From Sphagnum compactum (Eukaryota), in the NCBI GenBank assembly GCA_965153455.1, contig OZ234494.1, forward strand, positions 12,896,001 through 12,960,000: a DNA stretch of 64,000 nucleotides, given 5' to 3'. Positions 53,150 through 64,000 of this stretch are shown here, one piece after another. The translations under genes and the position numbers were made by a program. The notes beneath the pieces are model-generated. The model was not told where the DNA came from. It made no database searches and worked only from the letters and a program-made list of their open reading frames with translations. The first letter of the stretch is position 1. The number at the start of each line of letters is the position of its first letter.

Positions 53150-54900
53150 CCACCCATTTCTTGAATCATGCATTAGCATAGCCTCACAAACATCAATCTG
53201 ATTTAACACCATATACTACATCTAAATTGCAACCAATATCAATCGTCAATTTTGTGAAATCATCCTAATTAGCAGTTAGTTACATAAGTAATATATTGTC
53301 TGTTTGACAATCTTTTAATAAAAACAAGTTCATTGTGCATTGATGAAAACTTTTATAGAACCTTTATGCATACTAAAACCAATGCCAATGAAAATCCCTA
53401 CCTCAAAAACTCAAGTTGCATATAGATGAACCCAGTAACTACACATCATTGAACAAAAAATAATTATAACATGTTTTTTTCCCATTGTAGCACATCAAAA
53501 TTTAGACCTATCATCCAAAGATGGATTCAAGAAAGTTAAATAGCTTGTTGCCATGAATCACCAATATTTGTAGGTGCTTCAAATTGCCTATCTATGTCAC
53601 CTAAGTTATTAATTTCATCTCTTTTAAAAATCCATGTTAAGTGTAGAGATTGCTTACAACCAACTTTCCTATCACACTTTAATTGGAAATTTCATTAAAG
53701 AATAACACATCATATAATTACAAATTGAAATAAATCTTAGCTAATAAAGAGCAAAACATATTGCAAGTAGTCCAAAGACCCTTTAATTGCTTCAAGTAGC
53801 TTATGTTTTATTCTAGATGTAGATTATATGTAGAATTCAAGATGAAATCTTAAATGTTGAAATACCTAAAATTCTAATAAACATCTAGAATTTATAATTC
53901 AACATGCATTTTGTGGTAGTAGATTTCATGCAATGCCTTCCTTGAGAGATTGAACCCTAATCCATCATAGGATTTTGTCTTGTTGCAATGGAAGGTAGAT
54001 TTACAAAACAAAACATAGTAGGGTGAAAGCATGTTCAAGTGGACCAATTAATGTACTTTTCTAGATTAAATTACAAGTCTCACAAAACATATCATAAAAT
54101 TGTTGAACATGTAATTTGATTGAATTGAAAAATAAAAAATAAAATGATTTTTAATCATACACAATAATATTTTAGAAAAACACATTTAATAGATAGTCAA
54201 GTAGGTTATTACAAATGCAAGTAGGTTGAAATCTACATTTTCTAATGTTATTTTAAAAAAAAGTAGGTGCAAGTACATTAAAATAATGTTTAAATCAAAA
54301 TTTAAATGTAATCTTAAAGTATACCATAGGCTTTGTGAAAACATGTAATTTATCAATGTTTTATTATATATTTGGAAATGAAGTACATTTTTAGCACATT
54401 TACATAATTAATTTCAAACAAATTTTCTAAACATTTTTACAATGCAATTGCTTTTCAACCTTAATATTTACATTCTTATGAGGCTAATAGAAGGATACAA
54501 GGTTTTACACTACAATAGGAGGAGTTTTTGAGATACTTTCATGCTAACATATGAATTTAGATGGTTTTAATTGTTAAAAACTATTTTTTGTCTACTTGAA
54601 CATGCTTTCACCTAATAGTACCAAATTCCTTATCCATGAATAAACATGACAAATTTGAATACATTCATAACTTGTAAAAAAGGTTGAACTCAAACCATTC
54701 AACCCATGAAAAATGTCATACTACGTCTCCACCTTTTAATGAGATTTCTCCTCGTTCAATTGAGTGATAGCAATATGGAACGGAAAGCTTTCAAGAATAA
54801 ATGATTGCTACACATATATTTGAACAATTAAATTAAGGTGCATAATCAATTAGTTCCTCCACTTACTCTTTACAAAAGTAAATCTAAAGAATGCATGTTT
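53150..54900 (-). mobile_element. Very decayed hAT-like transposase remnant
   Basis: Weak minus-strand motifs (HVQQFYD...LI...INWST...HAFTL; FLNPS) in AT-rich DNA full of stops. Confidence 0.3.
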
Positions 54901-55080
54901 GTCTTCTACATTCCTTAGAGCAACCATGATTGCCAACTCAACAAGTTTTAAGTATTAAATAACATGCATTTCAAAACATGAGTAATATACAAGTGCCTTC
55001 ACATTCAAATGGTAGGGTTTGAAGCTCAGGCCTAAGGTGTACATGGAGCAAATTTTTTTTTTTTTTTTCCCTACCAACCC

Positions 55081-55759
55081 AATTCATCTTTGTTCATGCT
55101 ACTAACTATCAGTTTAGTATTGCATTTAGTTTATTTTGTCACCTTGAATGGAGGTCACCCAGTACCAAATGCTTGGTAATCTTTTGTGGAAATTATTTAT
55201 GATTTTGTGCCTAACTTGATCAACGAACAAATAAGTGGTGCTTCTTCAATGAAACAATGATTTTTTCCTTTAATTTTTATCACTTTTACTTTTTTATTAT
55301 TTTATAATCTTATTGGTATGATACCCTCTAGTTTTACAGTAACAAGTCATTTTATAATTATCCTGAGTCTTTCATTATCTCTTTTTATCATAATCACTAT
55401 AATTGGATTTCAAACGCATGAGTTTCATTTTTTTGGTTTATTATTACTGTAAGGAGTATCCTTGCCATTAGCACCTTTCTTAGTACTTCTTGAACTAATT
55501 TCTTATCGTTTTCGCGCATTAAGTTTAAAAATACGTTTATTTGCCAATATGATGGTTGGTCATAGTTTGGTCAAGATTTTAAGTGGGTTTACTTGAACCA
55601 TGCTGTCTATGGGGGTGTATTATGTATCTAGCACATCTTGCTCTTTTTTTTATCGTATTCGCATTAACTGGTTTAGAATTGAGTGTTGCCATATTACAAG
55701 CTTATGTTTTTACTATTTTAATCTATATATACTTAAATGATGCTATAAACTTTAATTAA
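55081..55759 (+). pseudogene. atp6: NUMT: mitochondrial atp6 (ATP synthase subunit a) lacking its 5' end, disrupted
   Basis: NSSLFMLL...VPNAW*SFVEIIYDFV...NLIGMIP.SFTVTSHF...PLAPFLVLLELISYRFRALSL.IRLFANMM.GHSLVKILSGF...LELSVAILQAYVFTIL..IYLNDAIN, with internal stops (e.g. TAA 55177-55179) and a frameshift. Confidence 0.95.
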
Positions 55760-56447
55760 AGAACTAGTGGAAAAAACACCAAACCAGTTGTCACGGTACT
55801 TCTTTACTTTTGAGCACATCATCATCAACCATAGTAAATAAGTTAAATTTGCTTTTGATAATGCAAAACGATGTTCCACCCAGGAATGCAGCAAGCCTCG
55901 TAAGGTTATCAGACTCACTGTTGTTCCATTAGGTGGTAACAGGCTCTGCCAGGGCATGTTCCACAGCATAACCAGTTTTATGGCCAAGGATTCAAACTTC
56001 AGATGCATATCTCAGTTGTTGATTCATTGGAACTGACACCGTCGGCATAAAAGAGTGAAGCCAGCAGATAGCTGCCTGTCCTGCATAGAAAAAAGGCTAA
56101 ATAACTTGGCATCTGAATAGGACACGGAAACTGGTTCTGTAATTGGATCTGCCACTTAATGGCAAGTTCAAACCAGAAATGATTAAAATAGGAACTTTTC
56201 TCTGAAGTTCCCAAAAAACTGAGCTCACATGTCATGTCATAGCAACACTTAGTGAACATTCTTCAAAATGGGGACCAAAATGAAAACAATATTCAATTGA
56301 TGAAAATATGCAAAATTCAATATGTCCCCCATTGGCTTTATCTATTGAAAGCGAGCCTGTTGTGGCATTTGTCTTCTCTCTCTCTCGCTATAAGCTTTCA
56401 TATTCCCAAACTCTTGTACTTGCATCCATTTGAACTGTGATGTTTTC

Positions 56448-56900
56448 CAGTGTTGTGCACTTCTTTGATTTTGTTGATAACGTCTGGTTCTGATCATTCA
56501 AAGTTTCAGAAATCAAACATTGGGCTCCGGTTTTTGAAAAAACACAGAATCAAAAGAAAGTACAGTTCCAGGTTTTTGAAAATTTCCAAACTCCAGTTCC
56601 AGTTTTCTGAAAATTGTCAGAATCAAAAGAACCTGGAAAGATTTATTACAGGAATTCAAAGAACTAGCAATTTTCATGAAAGAAAGAACAGGCGATTTAG
56701 GGTAGAATCTTTGACCCTGGTCCTTTGACTTTTTGGAACACCTGTTAAGGGTCAAAAACCAGTTCTATGACTTTTCAGAGAACCACCAGTCAAGGGTGAA
56801 GAATGGTTCCTTGATTGGTTGAGAACTGATCGTTCTCACCAGCAGGTACCATACCTGTAGCCACTCCTTTCTTTGAAAAAGAGAACACCACCCAACACTG
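56448..56900. mobile_element. hAT-type MITE (453 bp)
   Basis: Termini CAGTGTTG...CAACACTG; flanks ATGTTTTC / GTGTTTTC match 7/8 as a TSD. Confidence 0.75.
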
Positions 56901-57148
56901 GTGTTTTCTCACCAGTTCACATTGTTGATGGCAGGCCAGGAAAGCTTTGTTGCTGAAGATAAGAATTGCACAGAAAGAAAAACTCCTGAGACAACCTAAA
57001 AATGAGCAAGTTTGAAAACTCACTAGATTGACGCAGCATTTTCCAGACAAATGGAAATGAGCTATTTCTTTTTGCAATCAGATGGTCGCTTCCTCCACAA
57101 TCCAAATCTTGCTCAACGTCCCACCATCAAGGAACTGAGATCCTAGAG

Positions 57149-60100
57149 CTAGTTCATAGGCTCTCCACCAGTAGCAGTGCCATAGGGACTGAAATTTACC
57201 CGCCATCCCAATTTTGCTAGTGCCTGATTGATAGATGGAGCTTGACTGCTATCTTTGAGGGTCACATAGCATGTGGTTTGGTCCAGCCAAAGAATACGTG
57301 TAATGTCACAACCAATAGTGCTGAAGCGCAGCATAATCTCATCAGTTGATGGCAATGGCAATCCATCAGCTGCAGTCAAGAGGAAAAGAGATGAACGATC
57401 GGCAACTGGTATGGGGCCTTGCAGAGGAAGATACGGCAGGTCAATCCTCATGACATACACTTTGTTGCTGTGTTCTTGAAGCACCTACACCAGTCACAAT
57501 CCAGGCACACCTACTTGACTATCATCAGATCACACTCAAGCAGGCATTGCATGATGACCAAAAGACCAACAAAGCAACTGAGTATAAGCAGATCATGCCT
57601 GTTATTGGCAATCCAACCTTAGGGCTACAGATGCCATCCTAACTGGAGGAATTGGCTTGCCCAACAGCGGAGCAGTAGCCCATCACACAAGAGTGAGAAC
57701 ATAGTATAAGGCGCATATACATACCTGCAAGTTTAGAATGTGCCCATCAGGCGCAGAAGTACTGGAGCGAGCCTCAAAAAGCTTGGAGAGCCAAATGAAT
57801 ATTGTGCCTGTCATGTATGCATCAAAACTGGATCCAAAATTGTTGATCCTTTGTCAGTAATACCCATGCATTATGTATGTCTGCAAGAATTGTCTCTCCA
57901 AGGTCAAACACTTGGCCTCCTGAGGTGCTCTCATCACAGCTAAGGCCCTACCCAAATGGGAAAATTTTCATGTACTTGCCAAAGACACAAAGCACTGACA
58001 AGAATGGCATCAACCTAAAGAGCCATGAATTAAAGGGCAGCACTGCATTTCCAGAGAAAGTATATGTCCTTTGAGTTTGCAGGTCTTGGAGGGAGGTTCA
58101 ACAGATTATTCAGTGGACACAAAATGCGTACAAATTTTGTCATCACAGCATGACATTCTCTGTATACAATCTCGGCAAGCATAGAATCTCCAAAAAGTTA
58201 CCAACATCATGTGCCATATTCTCTTGGGTCCATAAGAAACGCACCCTGCTTCATGATAACAATGCGGTGCATCTCCAGTGGTCCTGTATCGATCAAAGAG
58301 GCTACTATGGACAACCCCAGGCAGTTCCACTTTGGTAAGCTGCATGTCTACATCTTTTGAACCTGTCAACATTTCAGAAGGACAGGTTCTTGAGTTTTTC
58401 TTCCACCCGAATTTTGTACAGTTAATTACAAGAAAGGGGTAAAGCCAAAAGGCTTGGAAAAGCATACCAACAGATCCAAAATTTGTATATAGTGTCACAA
58501 ATGACAATACATACATTCTGCTAGGTCTGCAAAAAGAGTGTGCAAGACATCGCTTTTCATTGGTGCTTTAGTTGCATGTAGAACACCCTCGTTCTCAATG
58601 TCATCAGGGGCAGTTGGAAGGAAATTGGACATTTTGTTTGCATCAAACACTACAACACCATCCATATGCCCTATTGCAGTTGTGGTTTCTGATGCCAGAG
58701 CTGTGTAAATGTCCTCCAGTGATGTTGAAGGTAGAAATACTGGAAACAGCCCTGCAAGGTACTTGGTATCATAAATTCCAGCAGGAAACAGAATCTGCAC
58801 CTGTTCATCACCCACTGCATATCAAAGGGCAGGCAACAGGAAATGTTTGCTTTTGAGGTTTGTGGGTACAATTGTCACTCACAGCACCACAGCAACCAAA
58901 TCCTGAAAGTCCATCCTGATCTGACCTTATTCAATCATACAGTTGACAGAATTGGTCAGTTACCTGCTTTCGAAATTCATCCAAGGAAGGTGGAAGGTGG
59001 CCTACAAACTGGTGGTAGAGATAAGCCAGGTCTAGTAACATATTGTGTCCAACAACAGGTTTGTTGCACGTAGTCAGAGCTTGCATTACATTTGCAAATC
59101 CCACTGCATGCTCCAACTGGCGTTGCCTCTTTGCCGCCACCTCTGATTGCTGTGCTGCTATCACCTCTGTTGTTGCTCTCGTTAACTTCAAACTTGATTT
59201 GCGGCTCCCGACAGTGGCCTGCCCACTCAAACACTCAATTCAATACTCTTGACATCCAAGTATTTCATTTCTTGTTGCTGTATGGCAGGCATGCAAAATG
59301 TGAAAGCTTAAAAGCACAGTAGCACAAAAAAAGTACATACATAGCAGTCAGATTATAACAAGCTTCCAAATTAGAAGGTGTACCAGTCGCTCCACATAGA
59401 ACTCTGATTTTCCATACTCTTGCTCCAGCTGCTGATGAAGAGCTGCACGCAAATAGCTGTTACTCGGATCCAAAACTAGAGTTGCAGGTTGGGAGTCTGA
59501 GCTGCCGTTTCCAACATCACAAGGCTGTGTGCTGTCAACCCAACAGCGAACATTCTCCATCTGTTGAGTAACAAAGTTGCGATCTTCTTCTTGTTTCAAA
59601 ACAATTGGGTCCCTGGGAGCTTGTGATTCAGATCTCTTCTCCCGTCTCATTTGCTCAAGTGTAACATAGGGAATCCCTGCATAAAGATTTGATAATAGTT
59701 GGCATGCAGGAAAGGAATTCTTGCTTCCCAGTATGCAAACAGGGCCTCCCTCCCTGTAGGTTGCACAAGTATCACAGAATGCAAGCCCAACACCCTCTTA
59801 AAGAATCCAGAGAACTGTGTATCACAAAATGCCTATTGTGATTGTCTGCAGCATGGTTATGGCTCTTGACCACAGAAACAAGACACTAAGTGAACAGCTT
59901 CAGTTGTCAAAAAGATACAAGCCAAAACTTGGGATCCTCACCAGAGTAGATAAACTTATTGAAGTCAAAGCCATGTTCTCGGAGAAAATCCAAAGACGAC
60001 GCCTGCAGCACCAAACCAGATGACCATCAAAGCTCAGCAATGCTTTGCAAGGGCAGCTAAGTCACCAACTTCATCTCTTTCATGGAGAGAGGATGCTATG

Positions 60101-61430
60101 TCCTAACCAGTCCTCAGACACTTGTTTGCATCATACCTGACAAGTAAAGCGATAATCCATTCCTCCGGATGGACGAGGAAAGATGTAGAAATTGTATGTC
60201 TGTGCCTCATAGCAGCCCATCAAGGTGCTCCAATGAAAGGTTGCCAAGCCAAACTGAAAAAAGTCAAACATATTGTGTCAGTACCCAGAAAAAGAATCCA
60301 AATACATCTGGATCTGCAAACAACAGCAATAGACACCCCGAATCTCCAGATCCCTTCAAAAACTGAGCAGAAGTTTGAACATTGACAGACACCCACATGC
60401 TCTGAGATCTTCAAAAACTGAGCAGAAGTCTGAACAACAGTGACAGACACCTTCATGCTCAGAGCCCTTCAGAAGTTTGAACAACAGCAACAACACCCGC
60501 ATGCACAGAGGCCCTTCAAAACCTGAGCAGAAGTTCAAACAATGCAGCAAAAGACTCCTGCACGCTCAGATAAACTGAGGAGCAGTTTGAACAACACAGC
60601 GACAGACACCCACACGCTCATAGAACTTCAAAAACTGAGGAGCCATTTGAACAACAGAAACAGACACCTGCATGCTCAGAGACCATCAACAGCTGTTTAA
60701 TGTTGAAGCTCAATGTTGAACCACCAAACTGAGTTTCTGTCACAAGACTGGCAGCAACAAGAAGTAGACACAGCCATGATGCTAGCTGGCTAGCCCAACA
60801 ACAAAACATCAAAGAGAAGAAGGAGAAGACAGAAAAGCAAACAGAAAAGGCAGAGGAAAGAAATCAGGTTGTGTGGATGCATACAGGTACCTGCATGATG
60901 AGGAAATTCTGTGCTGATGTTCGAACTCGTGCATATCGTTGCTCAGCATCATCTAGCACCTCTTCTCTTCTGCAAGAAAGAGCAAGACAAAAGCATTACG
61001 AGAAGAAACATAGCTTCAAACCCTAACCCTAAAACACGCAGGCCTCCCAGACCGCAGGTGCTTCTTCTTCTTTTTTGCTTGTTATTGAAATCCTTGAGTC
61101 TCAAGCTGCTGGATCTTTCTGTTTCAGACTGAGATTTCCAAAGGAACTTCCAGTTTTACAAAGAGAATCTCTTCCCCGATACTCACTCACTCATTTTCTT
61201 TCTGCAACAACAGCAGTGCATAGCATAGATACAGCTAGCGAGCGAAACCGAAAGAAGAAAAGCTCACAGAACAAAGTTCCCGCTACAGACAGACAGACAA
61301 GACTGACTTACCGCGGATTTGTGAGCGAAAGACCTGTGAATTCTGCATCGATCGCGCACATCTCACAACTCCGCAATGACTCTTCAATCTGAGGCAAAAG
61401 AAGTTCGAAATTCTCCTCCGTCACCTCCAT
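57149..61430 (-). CDS. PARN: Poly(A)-specific ribonuclease PARN-like (CAF1/DEDD family) with R3H-like insert and RRM-like C-terminus, ~588 aa, 10 exons
   Basis: Minus-strand exons 61430-61312, 60969-60891, 60253-60137, 60002-59942, 59676-59384, 59218-58964, 58800-58515, 58362-58245, 57827-57725, 57484-57149; phase-compatible (1767 nt). Motifs MEVTEENF, AIDAEFTGL, QFGLATF, YNFYIFP, SSLDFLREHGFDFNKFIYSGIPY, KPVVGHNMLLDL, IYDTKYL, HEAGFDAYMTG. Confidence 0.93.
60325..60690. repeat. Intronic minisatellite (~6 x ~55-60 bp) in PARN intron 2
   Basis: cttcaaaaactgagcagaagtttgaacaacag..gacagacacc..catgctcaga units. A related motif occurs at ~62490-62518 in reverse. Confidence 0.8.
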
Positions 61431-62102
61431 CCCCTAATACTTGGTTCTCCACCTCTCTCTCTCTATCTCTCTCTCAACGAATCCCTACCGATCTCCCTCG
61501 CTCCCGTTTTCCCTGCTCCGTTTCTGAACAATACACAAAAGGATGGAGATATGTGCAAGTAGGAGAGAAGCTTCGCATTTGGGTTTTTGTGTGTGTTTCC
61601 GAATTGCAACTTTCTTTTCTTTTCCTTTCCTTTTCGGTTGTGTGTGTTTCCGAGTTCCGACCGGTCTTGTGTTTTGCGAGTTGCGACTTGTCGTCGGCAG
61701 GCAGAGACTCAAGAGTCGTCAACGCATCTGCAACCGATTTGGTGTATCTGGTACTACGAGGGAGTGTTTGCTGGTCGCATTGCTAGACCTACTAAGTACT
61801 TGCGTGAAGATCATGGGCTTCTTCTTCTTCTTAAAGAATCGACAGCAGCTGCAAGCGTACACACCTATCTATCATCCATCACCTTAAAGCATTAAAGAGA
61901 AACAGGAGTTTTGTTTGTCTCCAACATTCGACGAGACAACAGCAGCAGCAAATGCCCACACTTGCTTGCATAAAACTGTAGAAGAATCTGTTGCAACGCA
62001 GAAGTAGAAACCCGAAACAGACCTACATCACATTTTTCAAGAGGATTCAGTACAAGAGTTTGAATGGATAGGTGGGTGAGTTCTTCTTCCAGTAATAACT
62101 AA

Positions 62103-62468
62103 GAGCAACTCCATCGGTGATCAGTATGTGAAACTGCAAATGAAAATTCGATGAAGAAAAGTGAAAATATGCCGGTTTGTTTCAGCAAAATGCTTTTGAG
62201 CCAAGCAATTTTCCACAGTTTGCTGAGGCTCGTTAAAGGCACAGCAAAGATTAACACTTGCCAGAGAAGAATGTAATAAAGACTGCTGCTGCAGCATGAT
62301 TTGGCCAATCATAATGATTGGTCCAGGTGGTTTTGATATTGGTAGTCTCTAACCTATTTGCAATCCCAATTTTAGTTTTGATGGGTGGGGTTAGAAAAAA
62401 GTATATATAACTGCACTTGGAAGTGAGATTTTTGCAGAGTCGCATACTGAGCACCACTGGAGATGCTC
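62103..62468. mobile_element. Tourist/PIF-Harbinger-type MITE (366 bp)
   Basis: TAA TSDs (62100-62102, 62469-62471). TIRs GAGCAACTCCATCGGTGATCAGTATGTGA / GAGCATCTCCAGTGGTGCTCAGTATGCGA (24/29). Confidence 0.88.
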
Positions 62469-62559
62469 TAAGCGCAGTAGGAGTCGTTGATTCAAACTTC
62501 TGCTCAGTTTTTGAAGGTCAGCAAGAGAAGCAGCCCTAGCACCAGAACCAGTCGCGTTA

Positions 62560-63420
62560 TTATTGCCTCCTACAACAACGACTTTGCGCAATGCGATGTT
62601 TCCGCAACCGGCAAGCTTCCTGGCGCAACAATTCTGCATAGTTTGCACCCATGCAATGTCTGGAAGAAGGGCTTCTAAGGCATGGGTTGTTGATGTTGTT
62701 GTGACAAGAAAGACTGTGACGACAATCAGCAGCCGCCCTCCTCGAGCTTGCTGCTGATCCGCTCGAGAAGCAGATGTTCACGGGATTGCTGGAAGCCATA
62801 CCACAACCATCATTACATCCCCCGCCTCTTGTGAACTCTATCCCGACGTGCATCCCTCCTCCTCCTGTTCTTCCTGCACAACACGATCGTCGTCGCATCC
62901 GAGGTGGAGTGTTGTATGTTCGTTGTTGCTGTGATGTGGTTCTAGGTGTGATGGAATGCCAACAACAACAACTGGGTGCACATGAAGAAGAACAAGGGGG
63001 TGGTGGTGGTGCCGGTGTACATCGTCGTCGCCGTCGCGACTGCTGCAGCAGCAGAGGACATCTGTTTCCTAGTCCACAACCTGATGATGATGATGCTCTA
63101 CGGTATGCAGCATAGCCTTGAATGTGGTGTTTCTCTCTAGGATGATGCGATCCGAAACCTGCGGCTGCTGATTGTGGATAGCTGCGGCTGCTGCTGAAAG
63201 GAGGCGGCGGTGGAGGAGAAGTTCGTGAAAATTGGGTGCGGGTGTTTCTTCTTCGTCCATCACCATAGCGATCATACCTTGTGTAAGAGCTGCTGCTGGT
63301 ACTAGGGCTGCTGTCTGACATGATCCCAACCAGCTGATCTCGCGCGTCTGTAAGTGTGCGCGCCAATGTCGACACGACTCGCCAGAAATTTCCCATATGC
63401 AATTTCCCACAACTCTCCAT
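62560..63420 (-). CDS. Possible orphan Ser/Arg/Cys/Pro-rich protein, 286 aa from MESCGKLHMGNFW
   Basis: Open frame of 861 nt in GC-rich DNA preceded by a GA-rich leader-like region. No recognised domain, and partly low complexity. Confidence 0.4.
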   Translation of the reverse strand: MESCGKLHMGNFWRVVSTLARTLTDARDQLVGIMSDSSPSTSSSSYTRYDRYGDGRRRNTRTQFSRTSPPPPPPFSSSRSYPQSAAAGFGSHHPREKHHIQGYAAYRRASSSSGCGLGNRCPLLLQQSRRRRRCTPAPPPPPCSSSCAPSCCCWHSITPRTTSQQQRTYNTPPRMRRRSCCAGRTGGGGMHVGIEFTRGGGCNDGCGMASSNPVNICFSSGSAASSRRAAADCRHSLSCHNNINNPCLRSPSSRHCMGANYAELLRQEACRLRKHRIAQSRCCRRQ

Positions 63421-64000
63421 GTCGCCATATCCTCCTCCTCCTCCTCCTCCTCCTCCTACTCCTCTTTCGAATCCTTTCCTGCTCGCTCTGCACCTCTGCA
63501 ATGTCAATTCCCAACAGAATCACTTTCTCTCATCAGACGAGTTCGGAAACTTTTCCATCGCAATTCAATCGATCATCTCTATCTCCTTATGATGCAAATT
63601 CTCCAACCCATCTCTCTATCTCTGTGGACAAGATCATCTATCTATCTGCTCATGAAAATTCTGGAAACCATCTCTCTCTCTCTCTCTCTCTCTCGGTGAA
63701 CAAACAATCCAGCACGAAATCCTCCATGAAAACAACTGCAATACTGCGAGATTGCTAGCTACAAACAAATTGGAACGTCGTCATCATCACACCGATAGAA
63801 TCCTTGTTGGCGCTTGAAGTTGTAGGCTGCGAGCAAGATCTTCCTCCTCAACTGCTGCTGGTGGTGTTTGTTGAGACCAACTTCTGCTCATGATCTGCAG
63901 CTGCTCCTCATTCATGTTTGCTTCTTCTTCTGCAAAACCCAAATTTCAGATTTCTTCCCTCTTCTCTTCTCTTCTTCACCACCACCCACTTCCTTGAATC

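Noticed and set aside
55033..55048. Poly(T) tract beside the atp6 NUMT as evidence of retroposition
   Set aside because: It is at the 5' side, the wrong orientation for an atp6 mRNA poly(A) tail, and the NUMT appears unedited.

Overview
Eukaryotic land-plant nuclear DNA with GT-AG spliced genes, microsatellites and AT-rich decayed transposons. It is most likely a moss: a cox1 fragment with a group II intron right after ...YYWI points to Sphagnum, which is an inference. Genes from left to right: a disrupted DUF3411/RETICULATA-related pseudogene (112-2363 +); a 6-exon BPP/At1g27850-like microtubule-associated gene of about 2504 aa with a 5.4-kb exon, 22 x 15-aa tandem repeats and a C-terminal CaaL motif (21559-29958 +); a small conserved 4-TM protein gene (49497-50256 +); a 10-exon PARN-type DEDD deadenylase with R3H-like and RRM-like regions (57149-61430 -); and a possible orphan Cys/Arg-rich ORF (62560-63420 -). 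The intergenic space holds a Helitron Rep remnant, a Copia remnant, and a fragmented Gypsy element whose integrase is split by a 2.4-kb hAT element with TIRs and a perfect 8-bp TSD. It also holds a putative ~1.95-kb solo LTR carrying an intact orphan ORF, hAT- and Tourist-type MITEs, several minisatellites, and two mitochondrial insertions (cox1 exon/intron; unedited atp6). All family assignments are from recalled motifs; no database search was run.
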